A DNA stretch of 64,000 bases from Candidatus Eiseniibacteriota bacterium (GCA_965224245.1 OZ245046.1:224001-288000); one strand, 5' to 3'. Positions 47,993 through 57,651 are shown, counted from the stretch's first letter. Numbers and translations are program-made. The notes: generated by a model from the sequence alone, not told the origin.

Positions 47993-49654
47993 CTACACGG
48001 TCTCGAGGTACCGGTGGATCATGCTGATCGACGCGGAGCCCTGTCCCACCGCCGTGGCCACGCGCCGGACCGCGCCGTGACACACGTCGCCCGCCGCGAA
48101 GATGCCGGGGACGCTGGACTCCAGGAGGAACGGGTCACGCCCCAGCCTCCAGCCGCGGGGGCGCCGGCCGTCTCGAAACAGATCGGGCCCCGTGAGGACG
48201 AAGCCGTCCGGGTCCTGCTCGACCAGGTCCGCGACGAAGCCGGCGTTCGGAACGGCTCCGACGAAGATGAACACGGCGTCCGCCGACATCGTCTCTTCCT
48301 CGGAGGTCGCCGCACACCGGACCGTGATCGATTCCAGCCGATCGGTTCCCTCGACCGCGACGACCTCGCTCTGCACGAGGACGTCGATGTTCCCCGTCCC
48401 GCCGATCTGATCGATCAGGTAGCGCGCCATGCTCTTCTCGAGCGACTCTCCCCGGACCACCATCGTGACCCTGGACGCGAATCGCGAGAGGAAGAGGGCT
48501 CCCTGTCCGGCCGAGTTGGCGCCCCCGACGACGAACACATGGCCGCCTCGGTAGTGCGCGGCCTCGGTGTTCGTGGCACCGTAGTACACCGATGCGCCGG
48601 TGAGACGATCGATGCCGGTCGCATCCAGCCTTCGGACGCGAACGCCAGTCGCGATCAGCAGCGCGTGGCAGCTCACGTCGGAGCCGTCGGCGAGCGTGAC
48701 GATTCGATAGGAGTCTTCCACTCGCACCCCGGTGACCTCCTGGGCCGTCACGATCTCCGCCCCCAGTCGCTTGGCCTGCGCGGTGGCCCGGCGTGCCAGG
48801 TCGGCGCCGCTGAGCCCGCGGGGAAAGCCGAGGTAGTTCTCGATGCGCGCGCTCGTGCCTGCCTGCCCCCCGGTCGCATCCTTCTCGATCACCAGCGTCC
48901 GCAGACCTTCAGACGCGCCGTAGACGGCGGCCGCCAGGCCGGCCGGTCCGGCGCCGGCGATGATCAGGTCGTAGAACGGGAGCTTCCCCCGGGTCTGTAG
49001 CCCCAGTCTCTCGGCCAGGACCCGGGAGTCGGGGTCGACGAGCGAGCTTCCGTCGGGGAAGAACACGATCGGGAACGTGGGGCGGTCCAGGCCGAGGGTG
49101 GCGAGCAGCTCCTTCGCCTCGGGGTTCTTCTCTACGTCCAGCCACTGGTAGGGGATCTGATTGCGGGCCAGAAAGTCCTTCGCGTTGTGACAACGGGCCG
49201 ACCACTGGGTGCCGGCCACCCGGATCCCGTCGTAGGGGACCGGGACCGAGGCCTGCCAGTCGCTCAGCAGATCGTCCAGCACCGGATAGAGATGCTCCTC
49301 GGGCGGGTCCCACGGCTTCATCAGGTAGTGATCGAGGCCGACCCGGTTGATGCTGGCGATCGCGGCGTCGGTGTCCGCGTACGCCGTGAGAAGCACCTTG
49401 CGCGCGTCCGGATACAGCTTGGAGGCGTGCTCCAGGAACTGGGTCCCCGTCATCTCGGGCATGCGCTGATCGACCAGGAACAGCGCGATCGGGGTGTTTC
49501 GCTGCTTGAGCTTGCGGACCACCTCCAGCGCTTCCGGCGCGGAGCCGGCCTTGGCGATCCGGTATCCGGCACGGTAGTGCGCGCGCAGGTCCCGCTCGAC
49601 CGCGTTCAGGACCTGTGGCTCGTCATCCACGAGCAGCAAGACGGGTTTCGTCAC
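47993..49654 (-). CDS. response regulator receiver fused to a thioredoxin reductase-like FAD/NAD(P) oxidoreductase
   Basis: REC domain LLVDD...VDQRMP...LLTAY...MKPW. GAGPAG, GGQAGTSARIENYLGFP, VGGANSAGQ, FAAGD. GTG start overlaps the kinase stop. Confidence 0.92.
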   Translation of the reverse strand: MTKPVLLLVDDEPQVLNAVERDLRAHYRAGYRIAKAGSAPEALEVVRKLKQRNTPIALFLVDQRMPEMTGTQFLEHASKLYPDARKVLLTAYADTDAAIASINRVGLDHYLMKPWDPPEEHLYPVLDDLLSDWQASVPVPYDGIRVAGTQWSARCHNAKDFLARNQIPYQWLDVEKNPEAKELLATLGLDRPTFPIVFFPDGSSLVDPDSRVLAERLGLQTRGKLPFYDLIIAGAGPAGLAAAVYGASEGLRTLVIEKDATGGQAGTSARIENYLGFPRGLSGADLARRATAQAKRLGAEIVTAQEVTGVRVEDSYRIVTLADGSDVSCHALLIATGVRVRRLDATGIDRLTGASVYYGATNTEAAHYRGGHVFVVGGANSAGQGALFLSRFASRVTMVVRGESLEKSMARYLIDQIGGTGNIDVLVQSEVVAVEGTDRLESITVRCAATSEEETMSADAVFIFVGAVPNAGFVADLVEQDPDGFVLTGPDLFRDGRRPRGWRLGRDPFLLESSVPGIFAAGDVCHGAVRRVATAVGQGSASISMIHRYLETV

Positions 49655-51903
49655 GACTGGTTGTCCCCTCCGGCCGCCGGCTCCTCCACGGAGAGCTGCA
49701 GCGGCAGACGAATCGAGAAGCAGGTTCTCCCGGGCGCCGACGACACCGAGATCTCGCCCCGGTGTCGGTGCACGACGAGGTTGCGGCTGATGTTGAGCCC
49801 CAGACCGGTACCTTCGCCCGGAGGCTTGGTGGTGAAGAAGGGATCGAAGATGTCGCTCTGGATCTCCTCGGGGATTCCGTTCCCATCGTCCTCGATCTCG
49901 ACCACGACCCACGAGGCTTCCGTACGTGTCCGAAGGACGAGAGTTCCCCGGCCTCCCATGGCGTCGATCGCGTTGTCGATGATGTTGGTCCAAACCTGGT
50001 TCAGCTCGCTTCCGTGGGCCTCGATGGCCGGTAGATCCTCCGCGTACTCCCGCCTGACCGTGATCCCGCCCCTCAGCTTGCTCCGGAGAATGACCAGCGT
50101 GTTGTCGAGGCCCTCGTGCACGTCCACCGACTGGATCGGCGCCTGGTCCATGTAGCTGTATGCCTTGAGCGCCTTGACGATCTCGGTGATGCGCCCCGTG
50201 CCCAGACCGATCGCGCCGAGCAGACTGTAGATCGTGTGGGTGCAGCCGACCCACTCGAGCAGCACGGGGAGCTGATCCGGCGTGCACTGCTTCTCGAGCT
50301 CCGAGAGCTCCTGCACGTCGTAGCCGAGGCTCACCAGGGCGGGTGCCAGGGTCCAGGCATCATCGACGTTGCGCTGTTCCAGCCACGTCTCCAGCGCCGA
50401 CTCGTCGTCGGCCCGGGTCAGAGCGTCCTGCGTGAGGGTGCTCTCGGCGCGCTCACGGGCTCGACGGTCCAGGGCCGTGAAGGTGCCGACCGGATCTCCA
50501 CCGATCTTAGACGGATCCAGTCTCAGGTGTGCGTCCTGGAGCTGCCTGAACACCGTTTGGAGCTGAACGGCTCCTCGCTGGGCGGCCGCCGCCGGGTTGT
50601 TCAGCTCGTGGGCCATTCCCGCGCTGAGCCTTCCCAGCGAGACCAGCTTCTCTTGCAGGATCAGCTGGTTCTGAGTCTCCCCGAGCTGCCGCAGCGTGCT
50701 CTCGAGGGCTTCGTTCTTCCGCCGCAGCTCCCTGGCGCTCTCGCGGAGCGCCTGCTCGCTCTTGCGCAAGGCCTCCTCGGCCTGCTTGCGCTCGCGGATG
50801 TCGCGGATGATTCCGGTGTAGTAGCGGTCGTCCTTCACCGTCCACGTCGAGAGCGACAGCTCGATCGGGAGCTCTTCTCCGCTGGCCGCGCGCGCGAACA
50901 GCTCCACGGTGGTGCCGATGACCCGGCTCTCTCCACCGGCCGTGACACGGTCCATTCCGGTGCGGTGCGCGTCGTGGAATCGGTGAGGAATGATCAGCTC
51001 GAGCGGCTGGCCGATCGCGTCCTCGGCGGAGTATCCGAGTATCCGGGTCGCCGCGTTGTTCCAGCTGACGATGACTCCCCGTTGATCCGCCGAGATGATG
51101 GCGTCGATCGCCGCCTCGGTGACCGATCTGAACTTCTGCTCCGCCTGCTTGCGCTCGCTGATGTCGCGGATGATTCCGGTGTAGTAGCGCTCGTCGTGCA
51201 GAAACCAGGTCGCCAGCGACAGCTCCACCGGGAACTCGCTTCCGTCCTTCCTCACCGCGGCGAGCTCGACGGTCTTTCCGATCACGTTGCTCGCCCCTCC
51301 CGAGCTCACCCGGCGCACGCCGGCGCGGTGCTGCTCCCGGAACCGGTCGGGGATGATCAGGTCGATCGGCTTACCGATCACCTCGTCCTCGGTGAAGCCG
51401 AACAGCGCCACGGCCGCGCTGTTCCACGATCGAATGTTGCCACGGGAGTCACCGGAGATGATGGCATCGATCGCGGATTCCATCACCGATCGGAACTTCG
51501 CCTCCGATTCGCTGAGCGCCGCCCGCACCTTGGAGACCGTGACCTGACGCTCGACCCGGGCCAGCACCTCTCTGGCCTCGAAGGGCTTGGTGATGAGGTC
51601 GTCGCCCAGCTCGACGCACTTCACCCTCGACTCGGGATCGTCGGCGAGCGGCATCAGGATGACCGGGATGTACTGGGTCCTCGGATCTCGCTTGAGCCGC
51701 TCGCACAGGGCGAACGAGTCGAGGTCGGGAAGGTCGACACCCTGGAGCACGACGTTGGGGTTCACGTCGATGATGCGCTCGAACGCGCCGTCTCCACCGG
51801 TGGCCGTGTCCACGTGGTAGGCGCTGTCGCGCAGGAGCGTCCCGAGCACGCTCACGCTCTCCGGATCGGAATCCAGGATGTAGACGTGTCCTCGGTCAGG
51901 CAC
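49651..51903 (-). CDS. hybrid histidine kinase: degenerate REC, two PAS domains, HisKA, HATPase
   Basis: REC-like N-terminus. Two PAS domains (WNSAAVALFG, WNNAATRILG, FPVELSL, YTGIIRDI). MAHELNNPA, NIIDNAID, FFTTK, GTGLGL. Confidence 0.92.
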   Translation of the reverse strand: MPDRGHVYILDSDPESVSVLGTLLRDSAYHVDTATGGDGAFERIIDVNPNVVLQGVDLPDLDSFALCERLKRDPRTQYIPVILMPLADDPESRVKCVELGDDLITKPFEAREVLARVERQVTVSKVRAALSESEAKFRSVMESAIDAIISGDSRGNIRSWNSAAVALFGFTEDEVIGKPIDLIIPDRFREQHRAGVRRVSSGGASNVIGKTVELAAVRKDGSEFPVELSLATWFLHDERYYTGIIRDISERKQAEQKFRSVTEAAIDAIISADQRGVIVSWNNAATRILGYSAEDAIGQPLELIIPHRFHDAHRTGMDRVTAGGESRVIGTTVELFARAASGEELPIELSLSTWTVKDDRYYTGIIRDIRERKQAEEALRKSEQALRESARELRRKNEALESTLRQLGETQNQLILQEKLVSLGRLSAGMAHELNNPAAAAQRGAVQLQTVFRQLQDAHLRLDPSKIGGDPVGTFTALDRRARERAESTLTQDALTRADDESALETWLEQRNVDDAWTLAPALVSLGYDVQELSELEKQCTPDQLPVLLEWVGCTHTIYSLLGAIGLGTGRITEIVKALKAYSYMDQAPIQSVDVHEGLDNTLVILRSKLRGGITVRREYAEDLPAIEAHGSELNQVWTNIIDNAIDAMGGRGTLVLRTRTEASWVVVEIEDDGNGIPEEIQSDIFDPFFTTKPPGEGTGLGLNISRNLVVHRHRGEISVSSAPGRTCFSIRLPLQLSVEEPAAGGDNQS

Positions 51904-51923
51904 CCGAGTCGCCTCCCTGCCCG

Positions 51924-52730
51924 TCAGTCGCGGTGCGCAACGAACGAGATGGACTGCATCGGAGCGGCCACCGGCCCGGGACCGAGCTTCCGGGTGAGCG
52001 CGGCCTCGACGGCGCGAGTCGCCTCTTCCGCCACGCCCCGCTCCGCGAGGGCGGCGCCCAGCGGAGATCCCGAGACCAGGCCCTGGACCACCGCGCGAAC
52101 GGATGGCGCACGGCTGACCCCGGGATTGACCGACACGTTGATCCGGCCAAAGCCGGCCTCCTCCAGCTCTCCGCGTATCACGCGCAGATCATGATACCCG
52201 AAGGGCACGCTGAGGAAGACCGGAGGATCGGCGGGGAACAGATTCACGACCGTTTCGTGCACGAGCCGGGCCAGCCGGTTGCGGGCGAGAGAGTCCCACA
52301 CGTTGAAGACGAACGTTCCTCCGTCTCGTAGCACACGCAACGCCTCGCGGTAGCCGCGGACGTGATCCTCGAAGAACATGACCCCGAACTGGCAGGCAAC
52401 CGCATCGAAGGACTCGTCGTCGAACGGCAGATCCAGTCCGTCGGCAATCCGGAAGGACACGTTCTCCGATCCGGACAGGCGCGTCTCCGCCTGTCGGAGC
52501 ATGGCCGGGTTCACGTCGGATGCCACCACGGTCGCCGCGCCGCCGAGGGCGTGCGCCAGATGGCGGGTGAGCACTCCGGTTCCGGCCGCGGTCTCCAGAA
52601 CCGCCCCCCCGGCCGGAACCGACACGAGGCCGGCGAGGTCGCGGGCGAAGTCCTCGAAGATCAGAGGGACGAGGTGGTCGTCGTACGACTGCACGATCGA
52701 CTCGGCGAAGCTGGCGGTGGTCGTGGTCAC
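51924..52730 (-). CDS. class I SAM-dependent methyltransferase (UbiE-like)
   Basis: VLETAAGTG, LPFDDESFDAVACQFGVMFF, RVLRDGG. GTG start chosen from the AAAGGA RBS. Confidence 0.9.
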   Translation of the reverse strand: MTTTTASFAESIVQSYDDHLVPLIFEDFARDLAGLVSVPAGGAVLETAAGTGVLTRHLAHALGGAATVVASDVNPAMLRQAETRLSGSENVSFRIADGLDLPFDDESFDAVACQFGVMFFEDHVRGYREALRVLRDGGTFVFNVWDSLARNRLARLVHETVVNLFPADPPVFLSVPFGYHDLRVIRGELEEAGFGRINVSVNPGVSRAPSVRAVVQGLVSGSPLGAALAERGVAEEATRAVEAALTRKLGPGPVAAPMQSISFVAHRD

Positions 52731-52762
52731 GGCGTACATCCTTTCCATATGGGGTTCGCCCA

Positions 52763-52792
52763 CAGTTCGAAAACCGGCGCGAGAACCTGCAA
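52763..52792 (-). promoter_or_regulatory. conserved bipartite motif, copy 3
   Basis: Minus strand TTGCAGGTT-ctcgcgccggtt-TTCGAACTG, 32 nt upstream of the methyltransferase. Confidence 0.7.
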
Positions 52793-52935
52793 GACGACCC
52801 GCCGTTCGACGCGGCTGGTGGATCCGGAGGGTGACTCGGTGGCTGGCTGGAGCTTATGATCAGTCGCTTGAACGCGTGTTCAACAAGCGCTGCGAGCATC
52901 CCCGGTGCCCGCGGGACCCTCACCGTGGAGTCGAC

Positions 52936-54492
52936 ATGACCGACGAGTCGCGAAAGCCCGCCGCCGACGGCGACGCCGTGGAGATCTTCCCCACAAAGGG
53001 GGCGACGACCCGCCACGAGCTGGATCTCCCGGGCGGGAAGATCCGATACCGCGCGATCGCCGACTGGATCACCCTCCGCAAGATACAGAAGCCGGTCGCC
53101 AAGGTCTTTCACACCGCGTACCTGGCGGACCTGCCCGAGGGCACGCCGCGTCCGCTGACCTTCGTGTTCAACGGGGGACCCGGCGCCGCGTCGGCGTACC
53201 TCCACATGGGCGCGCTCGGCCCCAAGCGCATCGCGTTCGGCAAGGTGGGAACGCTACCGCAGCCTCCCACCGAGGTCGTCGACAACGAGCAGAGCTGGCT
53301 GGGCTTCACGGACCTCGTGTTCATCGATCCCATCGGGACCGGTTTCAGCCGCGCACTCGAGGACGAGAAGGGCGAGAAGGAGGCGAAGAAGAACGACGGG
53401 GCGAAGTCCTCCGGTAGTCCCCAGGACCCGAAGGAGAATCCGGAGTTCTGGGAGATCGAGAAGGACCTCGACGCCCTCGGCGAGTTCATCCGACGGTTCC
53501 TGTCGCAGCACCACCGATGGATGTCGCCGCTGTTCGTCGCCGGCGAGAGCTACGGCGGCTTCCGGGTGGCCAAGATGGCCCGACGCCTCCAGCAGACACA
53601 CGGCGTCGGTCTCAACGGAGCGATCCTGATCTCCCCGGCCATCGAGACCGAGTCGCTCAGCGGGACCGACTACGACCTCACGTACTGGGTGGAGCTCTTT
53701 CCGTCCCTCGCCGCCGCCGCACACCACCACGGCCGCGCCCGTCATCACCCCGAGGGCGCCACGCTGGAGACGGTGCTCGAGGATGCACAGGCGTTCGCGC
53801 GCAACGACCTCTCGCGCTGGCTCGCACAAGGAGATGCCCTCGGCGACGACGAGCGGTCCCTGCTGATCAAGACGATGGCCGATCTGATCGGCCTGCCCGA
53901 GTCCACGGTGACCCGCAGCGGCGGCCGCATCGCGTCGACCGTGTTCTGCCGGCAGCTTCTCCGCGAGGAGCGCCGACTGTGCGGCCACTACGACGCCTCG
54001 ATCACCAGCGTCGATCCCTTCCCGGACCGCGACCAGTACGAGGGACCCGACCCGACGCTGTTCTCGATCGATCGTCTCTACGCGAGCGCCGTCAACCACC
54101 ACCTCCGGAGCAACCTCGAGCTCGACACCGAGCTCGACTACCGGCTCCTGAGCATGGAGGTGAACGCGGCCTGGAAGGATCGCTCACGCGATCACGTGTT
54201 CCGGAAGCTGACCGGCGCCATGGACGACCTTCGATACGGCATGAGCCTGAACGAGCACATGAAGGTCTTGATCGCGCACGGCTACTACGATCTCGTCACT
54301 CCGTTCTTCGGGAGCGAGCGACTGATCGCGCACATGAAGCTGACGCCGTCGCAGCGGAGGAACCTCGTGACTCGACACTTCAGAGGCGGGCACATGTTCT
54401 ACAGCTGGGACGAGTCACGCCAGGCATTCCTCAGAGAGACGGAGCGCTTCTACGCGTCGGCCCTGCCGGGCGGCGGAGCCGCGATCGCGTGA
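52936..54492 (+). CDS. S10 family serine carboxypeptidase
   Basis: GGAG RBS. FNGGPG, FIDPIGTGFS, GESYGG, GYYDL, GGHM. Confidence 0.92.
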   Translation: MTDESRKPAADGDAVEIFPTKGATTRHELDLPGGKIRYRAIADWITLRKIQKPVAKVFHTAYLADLPEGTPRPLTFVFNGGPGAASAYLHMGALGPKRIAFGKVGTLPQPPTEVVDNEQSWLGFTDLVFIDPIGTGFSRALEDEKGEKEAKKNDGAKSSGSPQDPKENPEFWEIEKDLDALGEFIRRFLSQHHRWMSPLFVAGESYGGFRVAKMARRLQQTHGVGLNGAILISPAIETESLSGTDYDLTYWVELFPSLAAAAHHHGRARHHPEGATLETVLEDAQAFARNDLSRWLAQGDALGDDERSLLIKTMADLIGLPESTVTRSGGRIASTVFCRQLLREERRLCGHYDASITSVDPFPDRDQYEGPDPTLFSIDRLYASAVNHHLRSNLELDTELDYRLLSMEVNAAWKDRSRDHVFRKLTGAMDDLRYGMSLNEHMKVLIAHGYYDLVTPFFGSERLIAHMKLTPSQRRNLVTRHFRGGHMFYSWDESRQAFLRETERFYASALPGGGAAIA

Positions 54493-54501
54493 GGGTGGCG
54501 C

Positions 54502-54798
54502 CTACGCGGATCGCGCGCTCGGCGCCTCGAGCTCGTCCACGTAGGCCCGGATCTCCTCTCGCGTGAACTTGTTGAGCTCGACGATCCTGGCCTGGTGACG
54601 AAACTGAGGCGGCACGATCTGGATCGCCTCCTCGCGGCTCTCCAGCTCGGCGACCAGCCATCCGACGTGGACACCGTCCCGGCAGCCCCAGTCGGCGTGC
54701 GTCATGAAGTGCGAGCCGTATTGCTCGATCGAGGCGAGAGCGGTGACGCACGAGGCATGGTCGCTTCCGTGCGTGAGCTCGATCATGTATCGGGGCAT
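54502..54798 (-). CDS. small conserved hypothetical protein (98 aa)
   Basis: AGGAGAGAGG RBS. His/Cys-containing GSHFMTHADWGCRDGVH. Confidence 0.75.
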   Translation of the reverse strand: MPRYMIELTHGSDHASCVTALASIEQYGSHFMTHADWGCRDGVHVGWLVAELESREEAIQIVPPQFRHQARIVELNKFTREEIRAYVDELEAPSARSA

Positions 54799-54891
54799 GG
54801 CTCGAAACCTCTCTCCTGGGCGATGGATGATCGGCACGGCGCCGCGATGCCCGCCACGTCGCCGCCTTCGCCGCTCGGCGAACTCAGATGA

Positions 54892-54921
54892 CAGTTCGAA
54901 ACCCGGGGCACGACCCTGCAA
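54892..54921 (-). promoter_or_regulatory. conserved bipartite motif, copy 4
   Basis: Minus strand TTGCAGGGT-cgtgccccgggt-TTCGAACTG, 93 nt upstream of ATG 54798. Confidence 0.7.
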
Positions 54922-55023
54922 CGCCATCTCGCACGCCGCCCGGAGAGGTGGCCGCTTCGGCCATAACACGTTGCCATCATTTGAGTTGATGCCTCGACCC
55001 GACGCGTGCCCCGTGCCGGCCGG

Positions 55024-56355
55024 TCAGCTCGCCACGCGGAGCCGCACGACCTTGGGATGGAGCCCCGGCGAGTGGGAGTAGGCGGCGTAGACGTCGCCGG
55101 ACTCCTGGTCCACGTCGAGGTGCCGGATGAACGCGTCCGGGGTCGTGAGCGCGTACTCGACGATCTTCCCGCTGCGAGCGTCGATGCAAGCGATGGCATC
55201 GTTGGCGCACTGGGAGACCCACACGCGGCCCCGCGCGTGATCGATCCGCGCGCAGTACGGGAGGCTGTTCCCGGTGGGAAACTCGAGCTCGGCGAACGTC
55301 TCGGTGTCCGGATCGAAGCGAGCGATCTTGCCGTTGGCGAACTCCGGGACCCAGACGCTCCCATCGGAGGCCACGTCGAGCCGGCGTGGCCCGCTGAACG
55401 AGGTCGGGAGGTAGTAGGAGCGGAACGCGCCGGCATCCGGGTCGTAAGCGAGCAGTCGGTTGCCGCCGAGCTCGGTGCACCAGACGGTGCCGTCGGGCCC
55501 CACCCGCAGACCGTAGGGAATGGGGGTGGCGATCGTGAACTGCTCGTTGGGCGGGACCTCGATGAGCACGGTGCGTCCCGTCGTGCCGTCGACGTACCCC
55601 ATGCGGATCGGGTCGAACGTGAAGTGGCCGTTGAACCAGACACGCTCCCGGGAGTCGAGCATCGTGCTGTGCGGGTACATCTCGATGTCGTAGTGATCCC
55701 AGGCCCCATCCGCCGCACGATATCGGGACATCTTCCGCGTCATGCCGCCGGCCACCCACCAGTCTCCGGACGGTCCCACGTCCAGCGCGCGCGGGTTGCC
55801 ACCGGGTCCCGGGATCGGCTCCTCGTGCCACGTCCCCGCGTCCGGGTCGAGCACGTACATCCGATTGGTCTGCATGCCGGTCACCAGGATCCGGCCGTCT
55901 CCGAGCACCCGGAGGTCGTGGGGGAGGTCGCGGGGCTCGGGCAGATCCCACTCGGTGATCGAGACGCCGTCGGTCACGCGCACGTCCACCGCCGAGCGCG
56001 CCGCCGCCTTCGCGACGGTCTGCTCGGTCAGGTGCTCGGCGAGAAAGCGAGCCGTCGCGGCGGCATCGCGCTCTGGCGACATCACCGGGAACGGCGTGTG
56101 GGCGCCGGAGAACATGAGCATCTTCCGGACCGAGGCCTCGAAGCCCGCGGAATCGGGCAGCGCACCGTCGGCATACAGGATGCGATCGTTCAGGGAGTGA
56201 CAGCCCATGCAGTCGAGGATGAGCTTTCGCTTCTCCTCGCCGTCGGGGAAGAGTGCGAGAAGATCGGACGCCCGCGCGCCGCCGGCGGCGGCGTCCGGCG
56301 CCCCGATCGAGGCGAGCACACACGCGAGCGATGCGGCGATCGTCGAACGAGTCAA
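55024..56355 (-). CDS. exported Vgb (virginiamycin B lyase)-like beta-propeller with N-terminal c-type heme motif
   Basis: Signal peptide, CMGCH. Blades PYGLRVGPDGTVWCTELGGN and GPRRLDVASDGSVWVPEF. TTG start. Confidence 0.8.
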   Translation of the reverse strand: MTRSTIAASLACVLASIGAPDAAAGGARASDLLALFPDGEEKRKLILDCMGCHSLNDRILYADGALPDSAGFEASVRKMLMFSGAHTPFPVMSPERDAAATARFLAEHLTEQTVAKAAARSAVDVRVTDGVSITEWDLPEPRDLPHDLRVLGDGRILVTGMQTNRMYVLDPDAGTWHEEPIPGPGGNPRALDVGPSGDWWVAGGMTRKMSRYRAADGAWDHYDIEMYPHSTMLDSRERVWFNGHFTFDPIRMGYVDGTTGRTVLIEVPPNEQFTIATPIPYGLRVGPDGTVWCTELGGNRLLAYDPDAGAFRSYYLPTSFSGPRRLDVASDGSVWVPEFANGKIARFDPDTETFAELEFPTGNSLPYCARIDHARGRVWVSQCANDAIACIDARSGKIVEYALTTPDAFIRHLDVDQESGDVYAAYSHSPGLHPKVVRLRVAS

Positions 56356-56505
56356 GGCACGCTCCCGTGGATGGGGTGGGTTGCCCGGTGGCCACCCCCA
56401 TGGGAACGCGCCGGAGCCGTGCGAGGTTGCAGAGAGCGCGGGGACGGCGGAGCACGTGGGGATCGTGCCCGCGCCCGTCCGACCGCGCCCGGGAGGATTC
56501 GATCC

Positions 56506-57558
56506 TCACCGCACATCCAGGAGTCTGGAGAAGTACGGCAGAACCTCGGTGTACAGTCGGCCCTCGCGTCCCCACAACCGGCTCCGATGATCCCCGTTGT
56601 ACATCTCGAACGTGTGCTCGACCCCGAGCTCCGTCAGGACGCGCGAGAGCTCCCGCGACGTCAGCGGGATGTGCGTGAAGCTCTCCTCGAAGGCGGAGTC
56701 GAACCGCAGACTCCGCAGTCGGGACAGCGATTCCACGTAGTCGGGCACCATGTAGATGAGCATCTGTGACTGCCACCGCTCGAAGCCGGGATGAGCCGGC
56801 GCGAGCCCCTCGTCGCTCACCGCGAACGGGAGGTCGGTCATCAGCGGGACGTCGGGGTTCGGCGCGAAGGACTGGCTGACCGCCACCAGCGCGTGGACGT
56901 AGAAGCCGGTGCCGTCGAGGTCCTCCGGGCGCTTCACTCCATCGAGCTCGAGGAAGGCCCGGTTCTCGGTGGATACGTCTCCACCCCAGCCGAGGAGGGA
57001 AGGGTTCAGCCCGTAGGCCACGCTGAAGACCGTCGGGTGCTTCATGGCCAGCTTGATCGCCCCGTGCCCGCCCATGGAGTGGCCGGTGATCCCGCGTCCC
57101 TCCGCCGTGGGGACCGTCCGGTAGTGCGCATCCACGAACGAGACCAGATCGTCCGCCACGAAGTCCTCCCAGTCACCCCGGGTCGGGGAGTTCGTGTAGT
57201 GCGAGGCCTCGTCGCAGTGCGGGACGACCACGATCATCTCCCGGACCGAGCCGCCATCGATGCCCGTGTCCATCAACGCCTGGATCGTGTCGTAGCCCGG
57301 GTGCTCGTCGTTCCACGGCCGCGTCCAGGTCGTGTTGGAGTCGTATATCCCGTGAAGAATATATAGCGTCGGGTAGCGACGGTCGGGCGCTGCCTCGTAG
57401 CTGGGCGGCAGGTAGACCGACACCTCGCGCGTGGTCGGGATGTCGAGCAGGTTTCCCTCGAGGGAGGGGCCGGGCACGGTCGTGTTCGTGAGCGTGCCGC
57501 CCGCGAGCACCGGCGAGACCGCGATCAGCGTGGCGAGCGAGATGGCGAGTGTCCGCAT
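56506..57558 (-). CDS. secreted alpha/beta-hydrolase esterase
   Basis: GAGGAG RBS, signal peptide. VYLPPSY, YPTLYILHG, GHSMGG. Confidence 0.9.
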   Translation of the reverse strand: MRTLAISLATLIAVSPVLAGGTLTNTTVPGPSLEGNLLDIPTTREVSVYLPPSYEAAPDRRYPTLYILHGIYDSNTTWTRPWNDEHPGYDTIQALMDTGIDGGSVREMIVVVPHCDEASHYTNSPTRGDWEDFVADDLVSFVDAHYRTVPTAEGRGITGHSMGGHGAIKLAMKHPTVFSVAYGLNPSLLGWGGDVSTENRAFLELDGVKRPEDLDGTGFYVHALVAVSQSFAPNPDVPLMTDLPFAVSDEGLAPAHPGFERWQSQMLIYMVPDYVESLSRLRSLRFDSAFEESFTHIPLTSRELSRVLTELGVEHTFEMYNGDHRSRLWGREGRLYTEVLPYFSRLLDVR

Positions 57559-57620
57559 GCGTTTCTCCTCAGGTTGGGGTGAGTACGTCGCGGAGAATGT
57601 GCGAGTCGGACGTGTCGCGT

Positions 57621-57651
57621 CGTCTCGCTGAGCCCAGCGAGACGCTTTTTC
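57621..57651. promoter_or_regulatory. 10-bp inverted repeat: terminator or operator between the AraC and esterase genes
   Basis: CGTCTCGCTG-agcc-CAGCGAGACG. The T tract lies on the strand opposite to local transcription. Confidence 0.45.
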
